Shown: positions 8,896-17,322 of the stretch, one piece after another
How positions within the stretch are numbered: position 1 is the stretch's first letter
Layout of the letters: every line of letters begins with the position of its first letter
Assembly (NCBI GenBank): GCA_012729055.1
Contig: JAAYDW010000056.1
Span: 5,691-69,690, forward strand
Reading direction: 5' to 3'
Origin: Deltaproteobacteria bacterium
GTDB lineage: Bacteria; Desulfobacterota; Syntrophia; Syntrophales; Smithellaceae
DNA length: 64,000 bases
Program-made: the position numbers and the translations under genes
The notes under the pieces: model-generated
What the model saw: only the letters and a program-made list of their open reading frames with translations
Told to the model about the DNA's origin: nothing
Database searches by the model: none

Positions 8896-10194
8896 ATGAA
8901 TAATGTTACCGAACCCAAGGAATACAAGTTGTCTCCGCGAAGCGCCTACTACATCTTCGCCCTCTTGTTTCTCCTGTATTTTTTCGACTACGTCGACCGG
9001 ATGATCGTGACCTCCCTTTTCCCCTTCATCCAAAAGGAGTGGGGGCTGACCGACACCCAGTCCGGATTCCTCGTGTCGATGGTTTACTGGTCCATTGTCG
9101 CTTTTGTGCTTCCTGTTTCGATTTTAGTGGATCGCTGGAGCCGGAAGAAGACCATCGGCATCATGGCCTTTTTATGGAGCATGGCCACGCTGGCCTGCGC
9201 CTTTACCAAAACCTTTCCGCAACTGCTCGCAACCCGGGCGGCCATCGGAATCGGCGAGGCCGGATACGCGCCGGCCGGGACGGCGATGCTTTCGGGGTTG
9301 TTCCCCGAGGAAAAACGGTCGCGTATGATGGGGCTATGGAATATGTCCATCCCTCTCGGAACAGCCGTCGGAATCGGGCTGGGAGGATTCATCGCCGCGC
9401 ACTGGGGATGGCGTCACGCTTTCGGCGTGGTGGCCATTCCCGGGGCGATCGTGGCCCTCCTTTTTTTCTTCGTCAAGGACTACAAGACCGTGGACCTGGT
9501 GAAGACCGATACCGCCTGCACAACCGGTCCCGGTAAAATTAAAATGGGCAAGATGGATATTGTCCGGGAGTTTCTCCGAACCCCTTCCCTGATTTTTACC
9601 AATCTCGGGTTTATCGGCTGCGTCTTCGCCAACAATGCCATCATGGTCTGGCTTCCCACCTATTTTCACCGGACGACGGGCATCCCCATGAGTGAAGCGG
9701 GCATGAAGGTAAGCATGCTCATGGTTCTGGCCATTATCGGGTTGCCTTTGGGAGGGTGGCTGGCAGATATGTGGTTTAAGAAGCGGGCGAATGCGCGGCT
9801 TTTGTTTCCCGCAATTACGTCCATCCTCAATGCCCTCGTTATCTTTATTGCTTTTTCCTTCCTGGAGGGGAAAACGCAGTATTTTACGCTTCTGGGCATG
9901 GGCGTTCTGGCCTCCGCATTTGCCCCGGCTGCGATTATCGCCACCCAGGAGGTTATCCATCCCGGCCTTCGGGCGATCTCGTATTCAGTTTGCGTGATTG
10001 TTCAGAATCTTTTTGGAGCATCGCTGGCGCCCATTGCGATCGGGAAGATCTCCGATCTTTATGGCATCCAGGCAGCCATGTCGATCGTGCCTGTCTTTCT
10101 GGTGATTTCGTCCCTGTTGTTCGTTGCCGGCTCCTTTTTCTACAAGAAGGATCTGGATAATGTGGAAAAGATTGCCCTGGAATGTGAAGATTAA
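8896..10194 (+). CDS. MFS transporter (anion:cation symporter-like)
   Basis: 432 aa with about 12 predicted hydrophobic spans. The MFS loop motif DRWSRKKT lies between TM2 and TM3. An AAGGAG RBS is present. Confidence 0.85.
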   Translation: MNNVTEPKEYKLSPRSAYYIFALLFLLYFFDYVDRMIVTSLFPFIQKEWGLTDTQSGFLVSMVYWSIVAFVLPVSILVDRWSRKKTIGIMAFLWSMATLACAFTKTFPQLLATRAAIGIGEAGYAPAGTAMLSGLFPEEKRSRMMGLWNMSIPLGTAVGIGLGGFIAAHWGWRHAFGVVAIPGAIVALLFFFVKDYKTVDLVKTDTACTTGPGKIKMGKMDIVREFLRTPSLIFTNLGFIGCVFANNAIMVWLPTYFHRTTGIPMSEAGMKVSMLMVLAIIGLPLGGWLADMWFKKRANARLLFPAITSILNALVIFIAFSFLEGKTQYFTLLGMGVLASAFAPAAIIATQEVIHPGLRAISYSVCVIVQNLFGASLAPIAIGKISDLYGIQAAMSIVPVFLVISSLLFVAGSFFYKKDLDNVEKIALECED

Positions 10195-10200
10195 AAAAGA

Positions 10201-10232
10201 CTGTAGGGAACGGTCGCGACCGTTCCCTACAG
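10201..10232. repeat. Perfect 32-nt palindrome (stem-loop or operator) between the MFS and Zn-ADH genes
   Basis: ctgtagggaacggtcg|cgaccgttccctacag reads identically on both strands. It lies 7 nt after the MFS stop and 19 nt before the ADH start. Confidence 0.9.
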
Positions 10233-10250
10233 CGAAGGAAAAAAGGAATC

Positions 10251-11273
10251 ATGAAAGCAGTGGTATTTCGCAAAGGCCGGGGGCTGGTCTACGAAGACGT
10301 CCCCGATTATAAAATAGCCCATGATGAAGTGCTGGTCCGTGTGGCCAATACGGGCTTCTGCGGCTCCGACCATTCGCTGGTGGCCGGCGGACACCTGTCC
10401 GACGGATATATTCTCGGCCATGAAATCAGCGCCGTCGTCGTCGAAAAAGGCGCGGCAGCCTCCGGCCCGCCGGTGGGGACGAGAGTTTGCATCCGACCCA
10501 GCTACTGCGGCCGGTGCATCAACTGCCGGTCCGGTCGGCCGCACCTGTGCCGCGTAGAGAGGCGGACAACGGGCATCGGCGATCTGCCGGGCGGCTTTGC
10601 CCAGTTCGTGAAGGCCTTCGGGCAGATGCTGATTCCCATTCCCGACGGCGTCGATTCGCAAAATGCCGCTCTGGCGGAAACGTTTGCGGCTGCCCTGCAC
10701 GGCATTCACTGCACCAGCGACCGGGCAGGACCGGCGCTGGTCATGGGCGGGGGGCCGATCGGCCTTTGCACCGTGCGCCTTTTGAAAATTCTCGGCTACA
10801 GTCCGGTCGTTCTTTTCGAACCGGTTGCGGTCAAGCGTAACATCGGCGTTTTGTACGGGGCCGATCACGTCTTCGACCCGCTGGAAAAAAACGCGGATCA
10901 GCAGGCGCTTGCGGTTGCTCCCGGAGGCTACCGGAAAATTTTCGAGTGCTCCGGCGTCAAGGCCAACATCAGCCGCGCCGTGCTGCTGGCGGAAGATGCG
11001 GGGGAAATCTGCATCGTCAGCATGATTTTCTCTGCGGTCAGCCTGGAGGCGCCTTTTCTTATCAATCTCAAGGAAATCCGGCTGACGGCTTCCAACTCCA
11101 ACACGCACGAGGAAAACATCCAGTGTCTGCAGTGGATGGCCGAAGGGAAAATCGACGCCCGGCCGCTCATTTCCGATTACGCGCCGCTTTCGCATCTCCC
11201 CGCGCTTTACCGCGAAAGGATCGACACCGGCCTGGCCGTGAAGGTGCTTTTGCAGATCGGCGAGGAATTTTAG
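10251..11273 (+). CDS. Zinc-binding medium-chain alcohol/polyol dehydrogenase (MDR family)
   Basis: GFCGSDH and GHEISAVV zinc-ligand motifs, the structural-zinc Cys cluster CGRCINCRSGRPHLC, and the GGGPIG Rossmann motif. Confidence 0.85.
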   Translation: MKAVVFRKGRGLVYEDVPDYKIAHDEVLVRVANTGFCGSDHSLVAGGHLSDGYILGHEISAVVVEKGAAASGPPVGTRVCIRPSYCGRCINCRSGRPHLCRVERRTTGIGDLPGGFAQFVKAFGQMLIPIPDGVDSQNAALAETFAAALHGIHCTSDRAGPALVMGGGPIGLCTVRLLKILGYSPVVLFEPVAVKRNIGVLYGADHVFDPLEKNADQQALAVAPGGYRKIFECSGVKANISRAVLLAEDAGEICIVSMIFSAVSLEAPFLINLKEIRLTASNSNTHEENIQCLQWMAEGKIDARPLISDYAPLSHLPALYRERIDTGLAVKVLLQIGEEF

Positions 11274-11285
11274 CAGGCGAAGGAA

Positions 11286-11534
11286 ATGTCCGAAAGATAT
11301 GAATTAATTTACGGGTTTGTTCATTGCCGCGGCAAGACCGTGTATTCTGCGGGTTTCGTGGAGACGCGCGAGGAAGCCGAGGCGTGGCTTTTGAAAAACC
11401 GGGAGGCCCGCACGAGAACCGTGAAGGCGCCTCCCGGGGACCCTGTCCGCTCCTGCAGGGCCGCCTTGTGCCCGCTGAAGCGGCAGATGCCCTGGTTTGA
11501 CATCCGCCCCGCCGGCGAAACCGATCCGGCGTAA
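11286..11534 (+). CDS. Hypothetical small protein (82 aa)
   Basis: ORF with a GAAGGAA RBS before the ATG. I recognise no family. It sits between the ADH and TetR genes. Confidence 0.3.
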   Translation: MSERYELIYGFVHCRGKTVYSAGFVETREEAEAWLLKNREARTRTVKAPPGDPVRSCRAALCPLKRQMPWFDIRPAGETDPA

Positions 11535-11682
11535 CGCGGCGCTTTTAAGACGCGGCCCGGGAGGAGAGGTTCGGCGGTCAAATCCGGGAGATGGAAGATT
11601 TTTTTGCTTTAATGGCGTTTGGGTGGTAGATAGCGGGCCATCCCCCGAACGGCAAAACTTACACTGAGGATCGACAGAAATT

Positions 11683-12303
11683 ATGGGCTCCAAGGAAAGA
11701 CGCGAAAGAGAAAGAGAACAACGCAAAAGCAACATCCTGGATACGGCCAGAGAGCTGCTTTTGGAAAAGGGATTGAACTCCACCTCCATCAACCAGATCG
11801 CCAAGCGGGCCGAACTGAGCGTCGGCGCCATCTATTTCTACTACAAGGATAAGGAAGAGCTTTTTGCGGCGCTTCAGCTCGAAGGCCTGGAGCTGCTGCA
11901 TGAAGCCATCCGCAAGGCCGTGGCCAAAAAGGCCGCGCCGGACAAGAAGATCCGGGCCATCGCCATGGCGTATCTGCAGTTCAGCGAGGAGCACAAGAAC
12001 TATTTCGACATCATTAACTACTTTCTCACCTCGCCGGAAACGATCTTTTCTCCCGAATTGAAAAGTGAAATCGACGAACACGGCGACGCCAGCATCGCCA
12101 TGATGACGCTCGCGGTCCAGGAAGGCATCGATGCCGGACTCTTCAAGCCCGTCGATCCGAAAAGGCAGGCGATCATCCTGTGGGCCGCCTTCAACGGCAT
12201 GATCCAGCTCAAGAAGCTGCAAAAGACCATTCTGGCCAAAAACGAATATATTTCTCTCTACGGCGAGATTGTGGACCGCTTCCTCGACGGTCTGCGCGTT
12301 TGA
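11683..12303 (+). CDS. TetR/AcrR-family transcriptional regulator
   Basis: N-terminal HTH (ILDTARELLLEKGLNSTSINQIAKRAELSVGAIYFYYKDKEELF) followed by an all-helical C-terminal domain. Length is 206 aa. Confidence 0.85.
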   Translation: MGSKERREREREQRKSNILDTARELLLEKGLNSTSINQIAKRAELSVGAIYFYYKDKEELFAALQLEGLELLHEAIRKAVAKKAAPDKKIRAIAMAYLQFSEEHKNYFDIINYFLTSPETIFSPELKSEIDEHGDASIAMMTLAVQEGIDAGLFKPVDPKRQAIILWAAFNGMIQLKKLQKTILAKNEYISLYGEIVDRFLDGLRV

Positions 12304-12424
12304 CCGTCCGGGGGCTTTTCTTTCCTGGTTGGTCCCTCTCGGAGGCGCCGGTCCGCGCGACAATTCTTAACAAAACCGATTTTTTCTCTGAAAGACAAAA
12401 AACAGCCGTCGCTGAAATCCGGCA

Positions 12425-12454
12425 TAAAAAAAGAGCGACCGTTTTTCCGGTCGC
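12425..12454 (-). terminator. Rho-independent terminator of tRNA-Leu
   Basis: On the minus strand: GCGACCG-gaaaaa-CGGTCGC followed by TCTTTTTTT, about 17 nt after the tRNA CCA end. Confidence 0.75.
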
Positions 12455-12471
12455 CCCCCCGCATAAGAGCA

Positions 12472-12560
12472 TGGTGCCGAAGACTGGACTCGAACCAGCA
12501 CAGGCGTACACCCACTAGACCCTGAACCTAGCGCGTCTACCAATTCCGCCACTTCGGCAC
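12472..12560 (-). tRNA. tRNA-Leu (anticodon CAG), class II with a long variable arm and encoded CCA
   Basis: Reverse complement: GTGCCGAAGTGGCGGAATTGGTAGACGCGCTAGGTTCAGGGTCTAGTGGGTGTACGCCTGTGCTGGTTCGAGTCCAGTCTTCGGCACCA. The 7-bp acceptor stem pairs. The anticodon stem is CTAGG/TCTAG with loop TTCAGGG. The T-loop GGTTCGAGTCC is present. Confidence 0.95.
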
Positions 12561-12570
12561 GCGAAGAGTG

Positions 12571-12598
12571 ACTATACCGAAGCGGGCGGTCTTGTCAA
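12571..12598 (-). promoter_or_regulatory. Sigma70-type promoter for tRNA-Leu
   Basis: Minus strand reads TTGACA-16 nt-TATAGT, with the -10 element ending about 10 nt before the first tRNA base. Confidence 0.6.
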
Positions 12599-12674
12599 GC
12601 TAAAATGACTTGAATTTAATATCCAAAATGCTATGGTGCGTCGTTAACTGACTTAATGTGGTGGAAAAGGAATC

Positions 12675-13607
12675 ATGATTGTTTTTGAAGGCATTGAAGC
12701 GATAACCCAGGATTTTCGGGGGGCGTACGTCACCATCGGCAATTTCGACGGCGTGCATTTGAGTCACCAGCATATCTGCCGCAAACTGGCTTCGGAAGCC
12801 GGGCACGCGGGGCGCAAGTCGCTGGTCATCACGTTCGACCCGCATCCCAAGATGATCCTGCATCCGAATATCAAACCATTTTACCTCATTACGACGCGGG
12901 CCGAGAAGATGGAGCGTCTGGCCGGCTGCGGTGTGGACGCGACGGTCATCATCGTGTTCGACCATCACTACTCGAAGACCACCGCCGAGCAGTTTGTGCA
13001 GGAATTTCTCTGGAAAAAACTGGCGATCAGCAAGATCATCATCGGGCACGACTACGTTTTCGGCCAGGGGCGGCAGGGCAACGACGCTTTTCTCAAGTCC
13101 CAGGGGCGCAAGCTCGGTTTTTCCGTGGAAGTGATTCCGGCGTTTAAAATCGACGAGGAGATCGTCAGCAGTACGCTGATCCGCAACAGCCTTCTGGAAG
13201 GCGACGTGCGCAAGGCGGCGAAGATGATGGGGCGTTATTATAACGTGGCAGGGCCGGTCGGCAGCGGCGCGGGACGCGGCGCGGGGCTGGGCTATCCCAC
13301 CGCCAATATCGAACCGGAGAAAGAGTTGTTGCCGTCTCCGGGGATTTATGCGGCATTTGTCGATGTGGACGGCGCGCGGTACTCGGGCGCCCTCAACATC
13401 GGCGCCAAACCCACGTTCGGCGACTACACGTCGACGCTGGAAGTTTTTTTGCTGGATTTTGCGGGCGATTTGCGCGGAAAAAAAATAAACGTCTTGTTTG
13501 TGGAGAAACTGCGGGACATTGTCAAATTTGACGGTCCCGAAAGCTTGAAGCGCCAGATTGCCGCGGATGTGGAGAAAACCAAACAGATATTGAAACTGGA
13601 AAAATGA
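12675..13607 (+). CDS. ribF: Bifunctional riboflavin kinase / FMN adenylyltransferase
   Basis: 310 aa. GNFDGVHLSHQ nucleotidyltransferase motif, and a C-terminal riboflavin kinase domain (GYPTANI, LEVFLLDF). Confidence 0.9.
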   Translation: MIVFEGIEAITQDFRGAYVTIGNFDGVHLSHQHICRKLASEAGHAGRKSLVITFDPHPKMILHPNIKPFYLITTRAEKMERLAGCGVDATVIIVFDHHYSKTTAEQFVQEFLWKKLAISKIIIGHDYVFGQGRQGNDAFLKSQGRKLGFSVEVIPAFKIDEEIVSSTLIRNSLLEGDVRKAAKMMGRYYNVAGPVGSGAGRGAGLGYPTANIEPEKELLPSPGIYAAFVDVDGARYSGALNIGAKPTFGDYTSTLEVFLLDFAGDLRGKKINVLFVEKLRDIVKFDGPESLKRQIAADVEKTKQILKLEK

Positions 13608-13624
13608 TTTGGAGGAAAAGTTTT

Positions 13625-14704
13625 ATGTTAAAAATTGCCATTGTGGGCGCGACCGGCATTGTCGGTCAGCAGGCGATCGTCAGCCTTCTGGGACACCCCT
13701 GGTTTAAAATCACCAAGCTTGTCGCCTCGGAGCGCTCGGCTACCAAAAAATATATTGACGCATTGCGCGACGCCAACGGTTCCATCCGCTGGTGGTGTCC
13801 CGAAGAACTGCCGGCGGACATCGCCGGCATGATCGTGGAGGAAGCGGCGAGCTTTGATCCGACTTCCGTCGACGTCATTTTCTCGACCATGGATGCAGGC
13901 CCCGCCAAGGAGCTGGAGCCCAAGTATGCCAAAACGACCCCGGTGATCAGCACCGCCTCGGCGTTCCGGTATGAACCGGATACTCCCATTTTAGTGGGCG
14001 GCGTCAACATGGAGCATGCGGCGCTGCTGGCCGTCCAGCAGAAAAACCACGGCTGGAAGGGATTCATTTCTCCCAAGTCCAACTGCACTATTGCAGGACT
14101 GGTGGTCTCGCTCAAGCCGATCCTCGACGTCTTCGGCGTGAAGCAGGTGGTCGCCACCTCGCTGCAGGCCATGTCGGGAGCGGGGCGGACCCCCGGCCTT
14201 TCCGCCATGGACATGACGGAAAACGTTGTGCCCTACATCGCGGGCGAAGAGCCGAAAGTCGAAACCGAGCCGCAGAAAATTCTGGGCCGTCTGGCAGGGG
14301 ATAAAATCGTGAACGCGCCGTTCGGCATTACCGCCACCTGCACCCGCGTGCCCGTCATCGACGGACACCTGGTGTGTGCGTTTGTGCAGACCGAAAAGCC
14401 CTGCACGCCGGAAGACGTCAAAAAGGCGATGACCGAATACGGCCGGGACTTTGCCGAACTGCACCTGCCCAGCTCGCCCGCGCAGCTCATCGACGTTACG
14501 GACGATCCGTTCCGTCCGCAGCCCCGGATGGACCGCGACAAGGGAGGCGGCATGACCGTTACCGTCGGGCGCATCCGCAAGGACCCGATTCTGGAAAACG
14601 GCATCAAGTACGTCTGCCTGGCGCACAACACCAAGCTGGGCGCGGCCAAGGGCGCGCTGCAGACTGCGGAGTATCTGGTGAAGCATTTTCTCAAACTCGT
14701 CTAG
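13625..14704 (+). CDS. asd: Aspartate-semialdehyde dehydrogenase
   Basis: MLKIAIVGATGIVGQQ Rossmann N-terminus, active-site SNCTIAG, and SLQAMSGAG. A GGAGGA RBS lies before the ATG at 13625. Confidence 0.9.
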   Translation: MLKIAIVGATGIVGQQAIVSLLGHPWFKITKLVASERSATKKYIDALRDANGSIRWWCPEELPADIAGMIVEEAASFDPTSVDVIFSTMDAGPAKELEPKYAKTTPVISTASAFRYEPDTPILVGGVNMEHAALLAVQQKNHGWKGFISPKSNCTIAGLVVSLKPILDVFGVKQVVATSLQAMSGAGRTPGLSAMDMTENVVPYIAGEEPKVETEPQKILGRLAGDKIVNAPFGITATCTRVPVIDGHLVCAFVQTEKPCTPEDVKKAMTEYGRDFAELHLPSSPAQLIDVTDDPFRPQPRMDRDKGGGMTVTVGRIRKDPILENGIKYVCLAHNTKLGAAKGALQTAEYLVKHFLKLV

Positions 14705-14716
14705 CCCGCTTTCACC

Positions 14717-14759
14717 GGCTGCGGTGCGGAAATACCCCGCGCCGCAGCCTTTTATTCTT
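14717..14759 (+). terminator. Rho-independent terminator after asd
   Basis: 13-bp GC-rich stem GGCTGCGGTGCGG / CCGCGCCGCAGCC with a 7-nt loop, followed by TTTTATTCTT. Confidence 0.8.
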
Positions 14760-14809
14760 ACCAAGACCGTCCGCCGGACGGCGTCCTTACAACCGCAAGG
14801 AGAGGACCG

Positions 14810-16462
14810 ATGCCCACCGCAACGCCCAAAACGTACGCCCCCGGCGAATGCTACGATTACCAGTTGCTCGTCAAGCACCTGCTGGAGAGCCCGCGCATTT
14901 TTGCGTCCGACCAGGAAATTCTCTACCGCGACCGGTTTCGGATGACCTACCGCGACCTGTTTGCGCGCCTGCGGCGGCTGGCCAACGTCCTGGCCGGCCT
15001 GGGCGTGAAATTCGGCGACACGGTCTGCATGTTCGACTACGATTCCCACCGCTACCTGGAGACTTTCCTGGGCGTTCCGATGATGGGCGCCGTCTTGCAC
15101 ACGCAGAACTGGCGGCTTTCCCCCGAGCAGATCCTCTACACGATGAATCACGCCGAAGATAAGGTTGTCCTCGTCCACGCCGATTTCGTGCCGCTTCTGG
15201 AGCCTTTGTGGCGCAAGCTGACGACGGTGAAAAAATTCATCCTGCTTGCGGACGACTTCAAGACACCGGCCGCGACAATTCCCTTCGCCGGCGAATATGA
15301 AAGCCTGCTTGCCGCGGCCGATCCCGAATACGACTTTCCGGATTTCGACGAACGCACCAAGGCCACCACCTTCTACACCACGGGAACGACGGGATTGCCC
15401 AAGGGCGTTTATTTTTCGCACCGGCAGATCGTTTTGCACACGCAGTCCGGCGTCATCATCCAGGGCGCGTTTGAATCCGTCTGCCGCTTCCGCTCCAACG
15501 ACGTTTACATGCCGCTCACGCCCATGTTCCACGTGCACGCCTGGGGCGTGCCCTACGGCGCGACGCTTCTGGGCGCCAAGCAGGTGTATCCCGGCCGCTA
15601 CGAGCCGGAAACGATTCTCCGGCTGGTGGAAACCGAGCGCGTCACTTACTCGCATTGCGTGCCCACCGTTTTGCAGATGATTCTGAACCATCCGGCCGCC
15701 GCGAAGGCGGATCTCTCGCGCTGGAAGGTCGTCGTCGGCGGAGCGCGCCTCAACAAGGGGCTGGCAGAGGCCGCCGTGAAAAAAGGCATCGAGATTTACG
15801 CGTCCTACGGCATGTCGGAGACCTGTCCGCTGGCCTGCCGCGCCAACCTTAAAACCCCGCTGCTCGGCAAGCCGATGGAGGAGGTGCTGGACTACCTCAT
15901 CATGACGGGGCTTCCCGCGCCGTTTGTTTATGTTCGCCTGTTCGACAAGGAAGGTCGCGAAGTGCCGTCCGACGGCAGATCCCCGGGCGAGGTCTGCCTC
16001 CGCTCCCCCTGGCTTGCCGAAAGCTACTTCAAGGATCCGGAGCGGACGCGCGACCTCTGGCGCGCGGGATGGCTGCACACGGGCGACATCGGTGTCATGA
16101 ATGCCGAGGGCTACCTGCAGGTGACCGACCGGATCAAAGACGTCATCAAAACCGGCGGCGAGTGGATTTCGTCTTTAGACCTCGAAAATCTGCTGAGCCA
16201 GCACGACGCGGTGCTGGAATCCGCGGCCATCGGCGTTTCCGACGCCAAATGGGGCGAGCGGCCCCTGATGCTTGCCGTGCTCAAATCCGCGTACGCGGGT
16301 CGCGTCGGCGAAGCCGAACTGCGTCAGTTTCTGGTGGAAGCCGCGCAACAGGGAAAAATTCCCAAATACGGCGTGCCGGACAAAGTGCGGATTGTCGAAG
16401 CGCTTCCCAAAACCAGCGTGGGCAAAATCAACAAGATCGCCCTCCGGAAAGAGTACCCCTGA
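14810..16462 (+). CDS. AMP-forming acyl-CoA synthetase (fatty-acid--CoA ligase family)
   Basis: 550 aa. AMP-binding motif FYTTGTTGLPKG, plus YGMSE, GDIG and the C-terminal KTSVGKINK. An AAGGAGAGG RBS is present. Confidence 0.9.
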   Translation: MPTATPKTYAPGECYDYQLLVKHLLESPRIFASDQEILYRDRFRMTYRDLFARLRRLANVLAGLGVKFGDTVCMFDYDSHRYLETFLGVPMMGAVLHTQNWRLSPEQILYTMNHAEDKVVLVHADFVPLLEPLWRKLTTVKKFILLADDFKTPAATIPFAGEYESLLAAADPEYDFPDFDERTKATTFYTTGTTGLPKGVYFSHRQIVLHTQSGVIIQGAFESVCRFRSNDVYMPLTPMFHVHAWGVPYGATLLGAKQVYPGRYEPETILRLVETERVTYSHCVPTVLQMILNHPAAAKADLSRWKVVVGGARLNKGLAEAAVKKGIEIYASYGMSETCPLACRANLKTPLLGKPMEEVLDYLIMTGLPAPFVYVRLFDKEGREVPSDGRSPGEVCLRSPWLAESYFKDPERTRDLWRAGWLHTGDIGVMNAEGYLQVTDRIKDVIKTGGEWISSLDLENLLSQHDAVLESAAIGVSDAKWGERPLMLAVLKSAYAGRVGEAELRQFLVEAAQQGKIPKYGVPDKVRIVEALPKTSVGKINKIALRKEYP

Positions 16463-16494
16463 AGAATCGCGCCGTTTTCCCGCGGGAGAACACG

Positions 16495-16770
16495 ATGGAC
16501 GACGAAACAAAACGCCCGCCGCAGGAATATGATGAGCGCGCCACGGTCGAATGCTACAGCGGCTACAAAGCCGGTGAGCGGCCGCTGGCCTTTGCTTACC
16601 GGGGCTGCCGTCTGGAAATAAGCGAAATTCTGGATCGCTGGTATGAAGGCACAAGCGACTCCGCCCGACCGAAAACCGACTACTTTAAAGTCAGAACAAA
16701 AGACGGCAAGGTGTATCTCCTCCGCTATCTTTCCCTGTTCGATGCCTGGACCGCCCGCAGACTAAAATAA
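16495..16770 (+). CDS. Hypothetical small protein (91 aa)
   Basis: This is the only non-Arg-rich, protein-like part of ORF 16069..16770. It starts at an ATG 33 nt after the ligase stop. I recognise no family. Confidence 0.5.
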   Translation: MDDETKRPPQEYDERATVECYSGYKAGERPLAFAYRGCRLEISEILDRWYEGTSDSARPKTDYFKVRTKDGKVYLLRYLSLFDAWTARRLK

Positions 16771-16863
16771 TTTCCGCCCGTGTCCTGTGTCTTGCGCCGA
16801 CAGGAAAAAAAGCTGCATGACGGCCGCGCCTGTGGTAAAAACATCTCGGGGGGTTGATTTGCC

Positions 16864-17280
16864 ATGATAATTTCTTTGATGGACCGGAGTCTCTACTACA
16901 AGGGCCTTTTGCTGCTCATCGGCAAGGATCGCGAGATCCACAAACAGGAAAAGAAGATGATGATGGGGATCGGCAAGATGCTCGGGTTTGACGCCAAATT
17001 CTGCGCGAAGAGCATTGAGCAAATTCTGGGAAACCACTACATCGTTGACGAACCGCCGGTTTTCTCGCAAAAAGACATCGCGCTTTGTTTCCTCCGCGAC
17101 GGTCTTTTGCTGGCCGTTTCGGACGGGCGGATTTCCGGCGCGGAGACGTCCTGGCTGCAATCCGTCGCCGAAAAAAACGGTCTTGCCGGGGTCTGGGCCG
17201 CAGAACTTGCGAAAATGCCGTCTGCGGCGCAAGACCTTTCGCTTGCCGCCCTGGAATTGAAAAATTTTGAATGGGAATAG
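16864..17280 (+). CDS. Hypothetical protein, possibly a TerB-like helical domain
   Basis: 138 aa, with coding-like composition. The TerB-like guess rests only on a helical pattern and acidic motifs. Confidence 0.55.
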   Translation: MIISLMDRSLYYKGLLLLIGKDREIHKQEKKMMMGIGKMLGFDAKFCAKSIEQILGNHYIVDEPPVFSQKDIALCFLRDGLLLAVSDGRISGAETSWLQSVAEKNGLAGVWAAELAKMPSAAQDLSLAALELKNFEWE

Positions 17281-17322
17281 TTTTTTTCTTACCTTCCGAT
17301 AAAAAGAAAGGGGGTAAAGGAC

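Noticed and set aside
3225-12560. Genomic island integrated at tRNA-Leu, since the sulfonate cluster abuts the 3' side of the tRNA.
   Set aside because: The window has no integrase, recombinase or transposase. I could not find a direct repeat of the tRNA 3' end at the far boundary. Composition is mixed rather than uniformly foreign.
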